From an uncultured virus (IMG/VR IMGVR_UViG_3300037067_013436) (taxonomy: Duplodnaviria; Heunggongvirae; Uroviricota; Caudoviricetes), in IMG/VR virus record IMGVR_UViG_3300037067_013436: 64,000 bases of DNA; one strand, 5' to 3'. Under the pieces are notes generated by a model. The model was not told the origin of the DNA. It was given only the letters and a program-made list of their open reading frames with translations, and did not search any database. The translations under genes were made by a program, and so were the position numbers. Below, one piece after another: positions 48,889 through 58,899 of this stretch. Positions within the stretch are counted from its first letter, which is position 1. Every line of letters starts with the position of its first letter.

Positions 48889-49314
48889 CTAGATCTCAGG
48901 ATTCTTTACCTTAGGTCTTGGATTCTTGGCGACTGCGATTACTCGGCGGTCACGCCATTCAGTTTCCAAGAAAATCGCATCACCCCTAGCAACTTTTAGT
49001 TTATTAATTAGGACTTGTGATCTAGCTGCACACCGATATAAGACTTTCAAATATGCCGCCAGTTCTTTTGGCGGCTTCTTACCAGCAAGCTTCTGGATTT
49101 GACCAACTAATATCCATAGATCCTTTTGGAGCTGTTGCGTCTTACAGATGGCGTCACCGCTGGTGACATAGTACATCTCTGGATTGAGTGTAGGTACATT
49201 AGATAACCCGAATTCAGCCGGGTCAATATGATCGAGATGGTCGTATATCTTTATTTCAAAGACAGTGCATGATTCGTCATAATCACCACCAATCGGCACT
49301 GGCTCTATATACAT
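48889..49314 (-). CDS. Hypothetical protein
   Basis: 141-aa ORF in a minus-strand run. Confidence 0.55.
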   Translation of the reverse strand: MYIEPVPIGGDYDESCTVFEIKIYDHLDHIDPAEFGLSNVPTLNPEMYYVTSGDAICKTQQLQKDLWILVGQIQKLAGKKPPKELAAYLKVLYRCAARSQVLINKLKVARGDAIFLETEWRDRRVIAVAKNPRPKVKNPEI

Positions 49315-49605
49315 AATTACTGTTGTCTCGCTACGTATTCTTCTAGATATTCAGGAGTCAGGCCATTGCGTTCCATTAGCGTAGGATGTGCTAGATAGAA
49401 TTGAGCAGTACACAAGCCCGGATGTACGCGATAGAACTGACCGTCAAGTAAGACGACCATACAATTTGCAGCATCTTTACCGCATTGAGAACATGCTGTT
49501 GGAATAACGTCAGCAACCGGTGCCGGATCAGTTTTATCATTTATATCCATATAATCCTCGCTAGATCGCCAATGTATTATTTACTATTCAGAACTAGACA
49601 GAGTA

Positions 49606-50571
49606 TTACCGATTACCCTGTCTAAAGGTTTCGTTCCGACCGCCACCGCTACCACTTGTTGGTCTGCGCTTGGTCGGAGGCTCGACATTACCGAACATCG
49701 CTTCGATATTGGAACCTGTTGCATCTGCTAATTTTAACGCTGCACCAAGACTAGGAACACGCCCACCTTTCTTATTAGTGGCATGTTTATAGCGACTGAT
49801 TGTAGATGGATGTACGCCGACTTCATCGGCAACTTCTTCTTGTGTCTTCCCGGCTCTTTCCAAGGCAGATACAACTTCCGGCACGTTCTTATATTTTGAT
49901 CTAGCCTTCTGTTCTATCTCTTTGTGCCCATAACGTCGTGGCGGAGCACCATCGTCTTCTGTAATAGTCCCCTCGATTTTATTCCAGCAACCAAGCAATT
50001 TGCTGGTATGGACTTCAAATGCTTTAGGCGCTTTGCTGAAGTCTGTTTCTTGGACCGTTATATCGGACGTTGGCACAAGCATCGCCTTTTCGTTGGTGAT
50101 GCTATACAGGACATACTCGCCTTGTGGAATTCCGATGCCTTGTGAGACTAATCTGTTAACATTCAGGACGACGCCTTCCGTCAGATATTGCGAGAACTGA
50201 TTCTTGTCGTCAAAACGGCAGGGAGATGACGTAATGCGCATCATCTCCTCTAGAGCCAACTGTGTGTTGTCGTCATTGAATCTGGCATGAGCCGTGACTG
50301 GCTCCAAGGCTCGATTCAATTTCTTTTCTAGAGTTGTTGATAGCATCGCTTTGTCCTCTCGCATGTGGCCCCAGGATAATTCCTTAGGCAGAGTAGATGT
50401 CTTTTTGATACTGTGAATTCCTGGGAGACCGGGCTCATTCACATCACCAAGACCTGTTGGATCTTTCTTCGGTGTGCGATATTCTGGTTCCCACGGAGTC
50501 GCCTTCTTAGACTTACGCTTCTTGCCGTCTGGTTGTCTTACTAGACTTAGCATACGATAGACCGTCTCCAC
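49606..50571 (-). CDS. Protein with C-terminal XRE-family HTH
   Basis: GKTQEEVADEVGVHPSTISRY...PSLGAALKLADA. Confidence 0.8.
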   Translation of the reverse strand: METVYRMLSLVRQPDGKKRKSKKATPWEPEYRTPKKDPTGLGDVNEPGLPGIHSIKKTSTLPKELSWGHMREDKAMLSTTLEKKLNRALEPVTAHARFNDDNTQLALEEMMRITSSPCRFDDKNQFSQYLTEGVVLNVNRLVSQGIGIPQGEYVLYSITNEKAMLVPTSDITVQETDFSKAPKAFEVHTSKLLGCWNKIEGTITEDDGAPPRRYGHKEIEQKARSKYKNVPEVVSALERAGKTQEEVADEVGVHPSTISRYKHATNKKGGRVPSLGAALKLADATGSNIEAMFGNVEPPTKRRPTSGSGGGRNETFRQGNR

Positions 50572-50968
50572 ATATAATTTTGACCATTGGTTAAAATCGG
50601 ATTAACAAATATACGTATGGAACTGTGCCTTGTGATACCCACAAATTCATTGGAGACGATGATGAATGGAACCATCGACCTTGTAGTAGTTATTCCCGAC
50701 GTACTCAAGACATCTAATATAATTACTCGTGAATTACAGGTGCTAGCAGATGGTGTACCGGTCGCAACGCTTGATGCTTCTGATAAGGGTCAAGTCGAAA
50801 TTAATAATTTGCAGGTGTATGATAGCACAACTATAACTATAGAAATGCGTGGTATCTATGATACTGGTGCGATGTCGGCACCATTGGTCCATGAATTCAT
50901 TATTCTTGATGGAATTCCAGAGCCTCGATCAGAATTATTTAACACCATAATCTTGAAGAGACCATAAC

Positions 50969-51382
50969 ATGCGACTAAGTTTACTTACTGAAGGTATAGA
51001 CGATTTTACTGCTGCTGTAGGTATAGTGCGATGCCATAACAAATGGCTGTTGGGGCTGTCGAAATCGGAAGACGATAGAGGCGGAAAATGGTGTTTTCCG
51101 GGTGGCGGCATCAAGCCAGGTGAGACACCAGAGAAAGCGGCTGTTAGAGAGACTAGAGAAGAAACTGGCGTAAAATGTCACTATGTCTCTGGTCCTATTA
51201 AGGACAAACGCAAGGGTTTCGTCGCTTTTGTACCTTGCAGCACCAATACTACTGATTTTAAGACACTTAAGCCCAACCACGAATTTGCATCGTTGGGATT
51301 CTTCACCATTAAAGAGATGAAGGGCTTGAAGCTATACGGCAATGTGCTGGACCTGATAGAAAGAGCTAAACGCCGATACTAG
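50969..51382 (+). CDS. Nudix hydrolase
   Basis: [27 protein letters not shown]. Confidence 0.92.
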   Translation: MRLSLLTEGIDDFTAAVGIVRCHNKWLLGLSKSEDDRGGKWCFPGGGIKPGETPEKAAVRETREETGVKCHYVSGPIKDKRKGFVAFVPCSTNTTDFKTLKPNHEFASLGFFTIKEMKGLKLYGNVLDLIERAKRRY

Positions 51383-51811
51383 TCCCTTGGCGGGAACCAC
51401 GGCGGTAGTAAGTAATGCCATAGTTTGACTTTGAAGTACCCTATATGCAAACTCCAATGCCATAATGATGGTTTGATATAACTAGTCCAAGTACCGTTTA
51501 GCTTTCTGCCTTCCGATGAGATTATATCAGTTCTGAAAGCCTCTTCAGGGATTTTGAGCTTGCCGCAGAATTTTTCTTGGTCAGTACTCATATTGGGTCG
51601 AAGTCCGTGAAATCCCGTTCTTCTTCATATTCTTCGTCATCGCCGTTTAGCTTATCAACATAAAAGCTGACGTTTTCGCATGTTTCTTTTGTGACCCCTT
51701 CACTACTGCCAAATACCAACGAGAAATCTTCACGTTGATTATGTGCTATTACTGATACTTCAGCTTCTTGGTTATATTGGCGCAATTGTTCTATTAAGTC
51801 TTTGAGCTTTC

Positions 51812-52726
51812 TCATAGTATTCTCGATTCCATCGCTGTTTGATGTAATATGTCTTTATTGATGCCCATTGCTTCGGCTAGGGCATATTCCGTCTGTATAG
51901 TGCAATTAAACTGTATTGGGTCGTCTGCACCAAGAGTAATCTTGCAACCGGACGCCTGCATTTTCTTTGCTGGATGCTTCATCAGCGCTATAGTATGTGT
52001 GCAGATATTGCTATGGATGGACATATCGAATACAATACCTAGTCGCATAGCTTCTTTCTGCTGGTCCTCTGTGGCATAGATGCCATGGGCTATCCTGTTT
52101 ATCCCCATCTCATGTATAGCTTTACTTATATTGGCTGCTGTGCCCGGTCTTTCGCCAACATGAGCACGAATTGTTTTACCTTTTTTCCGCCACGGTTCAA
52201 GTGGCTCCATATAATTAGACCAATTAGCGACAGACTCATCACCAACAAAGTCGATCCCTACCATGAATCTGTCGAGCGTCTTTATGAGGCCGATAGCCCG
52301 CATCTGCAGTTCTATTGGCCAGCCGTAGCTAACAGATAACAGATAATTGATATCAACACCAATCTCTTGGGCTGCTATGTTGAATATGCTGAAGAAACGA
52401 TCACCAGCAGCAGACAATTTGCCCGACCTAGCGAATTTATTCAGAGATACGGTAAGTGTGGCGTGCTCAATTTGCTCTGCTTTTATATCTGAACAGACTT
52501 GATGAGCTACAAGGTTAAGAGCCCAATCATCCCACCGGAGCTTATTAAGAATGTCGAACCTAGTGCAGAAATATTCGAAGTCGCCGTCATCACGCATCAG
52601 ACGTACTTGTTGCTGGACGTCAAAGAGTGAGTCGGCAACCCCAAATCCATCCGAGTTCCTAATAATCTCCCAAATAGTTTCTGGGCTGATAGAACCTGCT
52701 AAGTGACGATGTGACTCTACAAACAT
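51812..52726 (-). CDS. Adenosine deaminase-like amidohydrolase
   Basis: ESHRHLAGS, GIDFVGDE, AHVGE, RIAHG, SN and GADDP catalytic motifs; start taken at MFVESH. Confidence 0.88.
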   Translation of the reverse strand: MFVESHRHLAGSISPETIWEIIRNSDGFGVADSLFDVQQQVRLMRDDGDFEYFCTRFDILNKLRWDDWALNLVAHQVCSDIKAEQIEHATLTVSLNKFARSGKLSAAGDRFFSIFNIAAQEIGVDINYLLSVSYGWPIELQMRAIGLIKTLDRFMVGIDFVGDESVANWSNYMEPLEPWRKKGKTIRAHVGERPGTAANISKAIHEMGINRIAHGIYATEDQQKEAMRLGIVFDMSIHSNICTHTIALMKHPAKKMQASGCKITLGADDPIQFNCTIQTEYALAEAMGINKDILHQTAMESRIL

Positions 52727-52838
52727 TATCGATGTTTTGGCTAAGGTTAGACATTGTATGTAATTATAAGATACTGCCGATAGTTTCACCCATAGCGGCC
52801 AAATATAATGGGGTGGCTACCTGCCTATCAGATAGGAA

Positions 52839-55331
52839 ATGATTATGAATATTTTGGAGCGCATCGATTCCGCATTCAATAAAAAACTTATTAACGAAGC
52901 TGGCCCTATGAAAGAAAAGGGCCAGCCTGGTGAGGTCATTGATATGACTGACCAAACAGCTAGAATGTACGGGCTATCAAATTGCAGAGGTCCGAATATT
53001 GGCTGGGATGATTATGCTGCTGGAAGAGATTATCAACCTCCAATGCACTTCGAGGCTGGGTCGAACGTTGAGATAGGCCCGAAAGACACAGGAAAGGATG
53101 GGGTACTGGTCCCCGGTGATTATAATGAGGTAAAATTCATCGGACCAAATCCGTACAGCGTCAACCATGGTGGTATTAGGCCGTGGTCGAAGGGCGAAAT
53201 AATAGCCACTCTTATATATGACGGAGACGATGAAGAAGGAGAGGGTGGACCGAACGGTTTATTGCGTATGCTTGCCAAACAAAAAGGCAGAATAACAAAA
53301 GCCTCAGAGGCAATGGCTGGTAAGGAAGAGCGCGACGAAAACGATGTCAGAGATTCTGTGATGCTCGGTGCCATGGCGGTTCTGCAGATGTTACCAAAAG
53401 ACGAGAATCGACCAGGAACAAGATTTACCGCATTTGTCGGAAATTGGATTGAGCAGGCCATGTTTGCTGGAACTCCTCCTGGATACTCTGACGAATACAG
53501 ACGAACCAGGGGACTGAGAAGCAGAGTTGAACCGGCTGTGAAGAACGCTATATTAGCCGCTCGACAGGGCAAACCGATGGATGAAGCGCTTCGTGATGTG
53601 CAGGATAAGTTCGACGAATTATATAGATGTCCAGCTTGTAAGGGGACCGGGACCATAACGGGCTTGAAGAAGGAACCAGTTCTCGACGCCAGCGGGAACG
53701 ACACAGGTTTTAAAAAGGTTGTCAAGACAAAGAATGGAAAAACTATTCCCGAAAACCAGCCATGCGAAAAATGTGGTGGCAAAGGGACTACTAAGCATAT
53801 AGAAAAAGGCCCCAATCACCCATTTGGTAAGCTATTGCCCAAATTAGAAGAGGTAAGAAATTACGTTATTCGTGCTATAACATCTGGGAGCCCAAAAGCT
53901 ATCGAGGACGCTTATAAGAAAATGGAGACCAAATTTGAAGAGATTAAAGAAGAAGGGGAAATATTTTCATCTGGAGGCATTACTACTACAGGCTCTGTTG
54001 GCAAGAAAGCCCGTGAACACGGGGCCTTGAATACTTATAAGAGAGCATCGAAACTCTTGAATAAGCAGAGGGAGTTAGCCGAGAAAGCGATTAGAGAACT
54101 ACAAGAAGGTAATGCCGAAGAGTTGGACAAGCTTGCAAACGAGGCCGGTAGACAGTGGAAAGCCTTCAAAACACCGAAACATAAAAAATGGATTCCAGAC
54201 CCCAATATCGCTCCAGAAGATCAAAAAGAGCCAGTATACGTTTCGCCGTACGAAAAACCACAAAAAGCACTGCGTGGCGTTAGGGGTTCGATAGGGTTGG
54301 CAGCTATCACTACAGAGCTAATTAGGGCACTACAGAGCAAAAACGAAGAACAAATAAGAAAATTCATTACCATGAGCCAAGACGAAGAGCGACTGATTCG
54401 CGACAGAGAACAGGTGAAGTTACAATCATCAAAAGCCACTCAACTTGATGTTGGTGGTGGTGACGATGACGATGAGGAAGAGCGGTCTGATTTTGCCGAT
54501 GTCGGCCAGGCGACTAGTGCAATCACTCAGAAATACCGCGAAATCATCACCATGGCCATGGCAAGACTATCGCCGTATCGTGACGATTCGCTCGAACGCA
54601 AGGAGCGTGCTTCGATAGCGAATAAGACGCTGGACGGTATTAAATCTGCTATTGACGTCTACTTGAAAACGAAAGCAGGCGGGCAGGATACGTCCAATGC
54701 AGTCATGGCTATCGAGAATTTGCCGAAAAATCTGAATCCAAGCCTCGGCGACGAATGGAAAGAAGAAATCGCCGAAGTATTGCGCAACCTAAATGGTGCC
54801 ATCGAAATGGGCGATGGCTTTAAAGAGATCAAACGCGACATTGCCGATCTACAGAAGGTAGCGAAAGAAGATACAAGACTCGTTGCACCAGAGGGTTCTC
54901 TTACTCCACAAGAATACCGAATAGCGCTTCGATTGTACGGTATTAGTGATTACCCTGAAAAAGGCACACCACAGGACCCAGAAATCGACGAACAAGGAAG
55001 GAAGTCGAAGTGGGCTGAAGCTGGATATCCACTAGTCGGTCAAAAGCAGATAGGTAAAGAACAGAACGTATATCTATGGACCGACGTTTTTGAAACGACT
55101 GATGAAAATGGTGATCCGGTTCCGTCAGTGTCTAGTGCTCGGATCTCAAAAGTGAGAGGCAGCGCTGAATTCAAGATTGGCGATCTTGCCCGTCAATTGA
55201 AGCAGCAAATAGGAGAAGAATTCGGATATGATTCAGTCGACTACCAAATCATATCCGAATTTTACATATCCTATTGCCGCATGATAGTTGAAGAAGCTGT
55301 TCCTGGTAGCTTAAAGCTGATCTACGGCTAA
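52839..55331 (+). CDS. Giant sigma70-like factor with DnaJ-type Zn finger and large insertions
   Basis: Region 2-like DSVMLGAMAV...KDENRPGTRFTAFVGNWIEQAM; region 4-like LTPQEYRIALRLYGI...VSSARISKV...AEFKI; CPACKGTG/CEKCGGKG. Confidence 0.65.
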   Translation: MIMNILERIDSAFNKKLINEAGPMKEKGQPGEVIDMTDQTARMYGLSNCRGPNIGWDDYAAGRDYQPPMHFEAGSNVEIGPKDTGKDGVLVPGDYNEVKFIGPNPYSVNHGGIRPWSKGEIIATLIYDGDDEEGEGGPNGLLRMLAKQKGRITKASEAMAGKEERDENDVRDSVMLGAMAVLQMLPKDENRPGTRFTAFVGNWIEQAMFAGTPPGYSDEYRRTRGLRSRVEPAVKNAILAARQGKPMDEALRDVQDKFDELYRCPACKGTGTITGLKKEPVLDASGNDTGFKKVVKTKNGKTIPENQPCEKCGGKGTTKHIEKGPNHPFGKLLPKLEEVRNYVIRAITSGSPKAIEDAYKKMETKFEEIKEEGEIFSSGGITTTGSVGKKAREHGALNTYKRASKLLNKQRELAEKAIRELQEGNAEELDKLANEAGRQWKAFKTPKHKKWIPDPNIAPEDQKEPVYVSPYEKPQKALRGVRGSIGLAAITTELIRALQSKNEEQIRKFITMSQDEERLIRDREQVKLQSSKATQLDVGGGDDDDEEERSDFADVGQATSAITQKYREIITMAMARLSPYRDDSLERKERASIANKTLDGIKSAIDVYLKTKAGGQDTSNAVMAIENLPKNLNPSLGDEWKEEIAEVLRNLNGAIEMGDGFKEIKRDIADLQKVAKEDTRLVAPEGSLTPQEYRIALRLYGISDYPEKGTPQDPEIDEQGRKSKWAEAGYPLVGQKQIGKEQNVYLWTDVFETTDENGDPVPSVSSARISKVRGSAEFKIGDLARQLKQQIGEEFGYDSVDYQIISEFYISYCRMIVEEAVPGSLKLIYG

Positions 55332-56452
55332 TTGCCGACGTTCAACCCAGCCAAGGCACCTTCCTTCTTCACTTGACGCTGCCCGGCCTTTAATATCTGT
55401 CTGAACATTACATCATCGACGTAGTTACAGTAGATTAGGCCAATTGGCTCAGCTTGCCAGTAGTCAATCGGATTTGGGTCAACCCCGATCTCCTGGTCGA
55501 TTCTGGCACCTGCCCCGATTTCAAGCATCTTCTGCTGCGTCATCGGGGCTGGCGTAGTGCGAGGAGCCATCATCGACTGAGCACGAATGATACCGCCACC
55601 AGTCTTAAGGCTGCGATGCATGCCGCCTTTTGAGCAGGAGCAAGAATTGACATGCTGTGTGCTCGCCATATTGAATGAAAGAGACTTGCTTCCATCGCCA
55701 TAAGGACCATATGCTCCAACTGCACCACACGGTCCTGTTGGTCCAGATGGCCCACTGACACAGCTATCGTAATCAAGACTGGCCATATCGGCACCATACT
55801 CACCAGAGTCAGCCATCGATAATGAACTCATGCCCCAGTGCGGATTTCCCAAATGAGCAGGTCCTTTGCGTGACTCTTTGCTCAAATAGAAAGCGAATCC
55901 GATGGCCCAGACGCGATCATCACCGATCACTTGCGCTGCAACGCCACGTGTGATGTCTTCGGTGATGATGTATTGTCTGACTTCGCCCTTTTCATTGCGG
56001 AAGCCGTCAATCCACAACATTTGGCCGGTTGTTGTGGAGATATAGTTCTGTGCTGGCCAGGCATAATTACACTCTGGACAAAAACGATCTTGCAGGAATG
56101 CGACGTTATGTACTGGACACTTTTCGCGATACTGTTCCAGGTTAAGTTGTGTCACTTTTTTGCCGGTGACGGGATTGATGCCTTGGACGCTCACTACAAT
56201 TGCCAAATCGTAGCTGAGTCCCGAGTTCATGGTGAAGTCGAACCACATACCTCTATTGACGGTAGCTGGGACGAAATACGAACTTGCCTTACCCGACCCG
56301 TGCATCCAGTTTTCTGGGCAGGCAGGGAACTCATCGACGGGATATGCCTGGACTTTGCAATGCGGCGGTAAAGAGTGCAGCCCGTCACCAGCTAATGCCG
56401 GAGGCATATTGATTTCTGCGAATAAGCCGTTAATTTCCATTCTTGTGCTCAT
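55328..56452 (-). CDS. Conserved hypothetical protein
   Basis: LPP...YPVD...YFVP...MWFDF...GINPVTG...QNY...WIDGF...VRQ; GGAG RBS before MSTRME. Confidence 0.65.
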   Translation of the reverse strand: MSTRMEINGLFAEINMPPALAGDGLHSLPPHCKVQAYPVDEFPACPENWMHGSGKASSYFVPATVNRGMWFDFTMNSGLSYDLAIVVSVQGINPVTGKKVTQLNLEQYREKCPVHNVAFLQDRFCPECNYAWPAQNYISTTTGQMLWIDGFRNEKGEVRQYIITEDITRGVAAQVIGDDRVWAIGFAFYLSKESRKGPAHLGNPHWGMSSLSMADSGEYGADMASLDYDSCVSGPSGPTGPCGAVGAYGPYGDGSKSLSFNMASTQHVNSCSCSKGGMHRSLKTGGGIIRAQSMMAPRTTPAPMTQQKMLEIGAGARIDQEIGVDPNPIDYWQAEPIGLIYCNYVDDVMFRQILKAGQRQVKKEGALAGLNVGN

Positions 56453-56473
56453 AACGATCTCCGATAGAAGAAG

Positions 56474-56505
56474 GCATGGCGAACCTCCTTTGAGGTTCGC
56501 CATGC
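56474..56505 (-). terminator. 14-bp hairpin after gene 56515-57390
   Basis: GCATGGCGAACCTC-cttt-GAGGTTCGCCATGC with a pyrimidine tail on the minus strand. Confidence 0.6.
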
Positions 56506-56514
56506 AGTTGATGA

Positions 56515-57390
56515 TTAGAGACTACGATTCTTACCGAGGTTGAAAGGATTATTACCCTTCTTCTCGGTCACTTTAGCAGAGCCAAGCTTCGCGCGTAGGC
56601 TTGGAAGATTCCCAAGTGCTTCGCGTTCTTTATATAACTTAGCCGCTTCAATGCAACGCCTGCCGACCGTGCCAGTAGTAGCAAGACCATAGACATCGAG
56701 TTCGTGCATCTTGCTCATGTCTATTTCAAGCGTCTCGGTAACAGCGAGATATAAAGTCTTCTTGGTCTTCCAATCGACCTTATCCCAATCGCATCCGATG
56801 GTGGATACACCATTTCGTAGTGCGACACCAGGGAATAGAGGATGCTCATTCGCTACCTGATCTGGACGTTCTCCAACAGCGTAGGTTGGTCTAACGTCGC
56901 CATCGGGGGTCACGAATGTCGGCATCTCGCCGTGGTCGTCGAGTTCGCTCAGAAGCTTCAATGAAACTTCCTTGTTGATAGTACCATCGTCATTGAAAAC
57001 GATGAACTTCTTACCCTCTGAATGGAATTTCAGACGCTCGGCAACTGGAGTTTTCAATTGCTTCGGATCATAAACATCGAGCAATTGAGCCGGCGTCATT
57101 GCCTTCGCCAGCTTTTCCGGATCATTGTCTTCTAAAATGACCTTCTGGACGCCCTGCCCCGCTTGTGGTCTGTCTCCACGAAAGAATGCAGCGATTTTGC
57201 GTGCTAGGATTCTTGGAGCACCACAATTCTCCAAATCCTCCCATGTCGCTTCATCAAGTGCATCCTCTGTTGATCCGCCCATTTCGTCTAGATTACGAAA
57301 GAACGTGTCAACATCCACGGGTTTGGTGCTTTGAGAATTATGCGCCTCAAGAATGGCGCGAGCACCGGCTAGCTTAGAACTTAGTGCCAT
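56515..57390 (-). CDS. Hypothetical protein with possible N-terminal SAM-like helical domain
   Basis: GGAGGTG RBS; ALDEATWEDLENCGAPRILARKI. Confidence 0.65.
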   Translation of the reverse strand: MALSSKLAGARAILEAHNSQSTKPVDVDTFFRNLDEMGGSTEDALDEATWEDLENCGAPRILARKIAAFFRGDRPQAGQGVQKVILEDNDPEKLAKAMTPAQLLDVYDPKQLKTPVAERLKFHSEGKKFIVFNDDGTINKEVSLKLLSELDDHGEMPTFVTPDGDVRPTYAVGERPDQVANEHPLFPGVALRNGVSTIGCDWDKVDWKTKKTLYLAVTETLEIDMSKMHELDVYGLATTGTVGRRCIEAAKLYKEREALGNLPSLRAKLGSAKVTEKKGNNPFNLGKNRSL

Positions 57391-57756
57391 AAGACACCTC
57401 CTACGACTACGACTACTACGACGACTACCACACGGATTTCATCGCCACAAGCGATATCGTATCCGCAACGATAACTTATCTACTGCATGAAATACATCAC
57501 CAAACGTCTTTGGCGATTTCTTCTACCATTGAATCCATACCCATTTCTTTGGCCTCTATTTCTAGAGCAAGTTCTTTCGGTATATAAGCCTTCAGCTCAT
57601 CGACTATTTCATTTATATCGGTAAGGCTTGCTTCTACGACGGCATCGTCGCCACCTTCAAGAGCTTCGAGGGCATCATTTACGTGGTGTGATATCAGAAT
57701 CAAATCGTTCTGTAGAATATCTGCTGGTATCATAGCGCACCTATCGATAATCCGTA

Positions 57757-58896
57757 CTAAAATTTGTTGAAGTGCCGCGATAACAGTAGATCTATTGGGA
57801 TATCGATGGCTGATGTGCCTATTTTTAGAAAACTAGCATTCCAAAAAGGTGCGCAATATATTATGCCGTTAGGGGCTACGACACCAGTTGTATACTTGTA
57901 ATTTGCTGCGCCAAGTGCACCAAAGGTGGTTGCGGTGTCTGTTGTGGTATCTATCCTTAATACGGTCGCACTTATGAAAGGTACGCCATAAATATAACCG
58001 TTTGGTGCAAGTGCTCCACCAACCCATTTTCCAGATCCTGTTAAGCTACCAAATGTTGTAGCTGTGTCTGTTGTTGGATCGATTTTCAGAACTGTTGTGC
58101 TTGTGAAAGGTATCCCGTAAATCATACCATTTAACGCTAACACCCCACCCTGCCATTTATCGGCACCAGCTAAGCTACCGAATGTTGTGACTGTATCTGT
58201 TGTTGGATCAATCTTTAAAACGACTGTACTCGTATACGGTATGCAGTAAATGGACCCGTTTGGAGCAAGGACTCCACCCTGCCATTTTGTTGAGCCAGCT
58301 ATGCTGCCGAAGGTTGTTACTACATCTGTTGTCGGATCTATCTTAAGAACGGTTGTACTGCTGTGTGGTATACAGTAAATGGCTCCGCTTGGGGCAATAA
58401 CACCGCCCATCCATTTATCTGACCCGGCAGCAAGAGTACCAAAAGTTGTAATAGTATCGGTAGCGGGGTCTACTTTCATGACTTCTGTACTACTACGAGG
58501 CATGCCATAAATCATGCCATTGGCGGCTAATACTCCTCCTTGACACTTTGATGTGCCTGAGATATCACCAAACACAATAGCGGTGTCGTCTATAGGATTA
58601 ATTTTTAAAACCGTCGTAGAGTCTTTTGGCATACAATAGATGCATCCATTTGGAGCCAGAACCGCGCCGACCCATTTCTCTGTTGCCGCCGTTATATTCC
58701 CATTTGTAATTGTTGTAGCAACTGTCTGTGTGCATGCCATATTAATGGCGGCACGCATAGACCATGCCTGTCTCGTCTGTATCCACGCGAGGCTATTTAT
58801 GCTCCAAACCGGTGGATCACCATGATTAACAATATCATTGCTAGGCAATGTTTGTATTTTGTTATCAGATGATATTAATGGTTTCTGGTACGCCAT
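57757..58896 (-). CDS. Beta-propeller repeat protein, paralogue 1
   Basis: About 7 repeats of KWxGGVLAPNGxIYxxP...VLKIDPTTDTxTTFG. Confidence 0.85.
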   Translation of the reverse strand: MAYQKPLISSDNKIQTLPSNDIVNHGDPPVWSINSLAWIQTRQAWSMRAAINMACTQTVATTITNGNITAATEKWVGAVLAPNGCIYCMPKDSTTVLKINPIDDTAIVFGDISGTSKCQGGVLAANGMIYGMPRSSTEVMKVDPATDTITTFGTLAAGSDKWMGGVIAPSGAIYCIPHSSTTVLKIDPTTDVVTTFGSIAGSTKWQGGVLAPNGSIYCIPYTSTVVLKIDPTTDTVTTFGSLAGADKWQGGVLALNGMIYGIPFTSTTVLKIDPTTDTATTFGSLTGSGKWVGGALAPNGYIYGVPFISATVLRIDTTTDTATTFGALGAANYKYTTGVVAPNGIIYCAPFWNASFLKIGTSAIDIPIDLLLSRHFNKF

Positions 58897-58899
58897 ATC

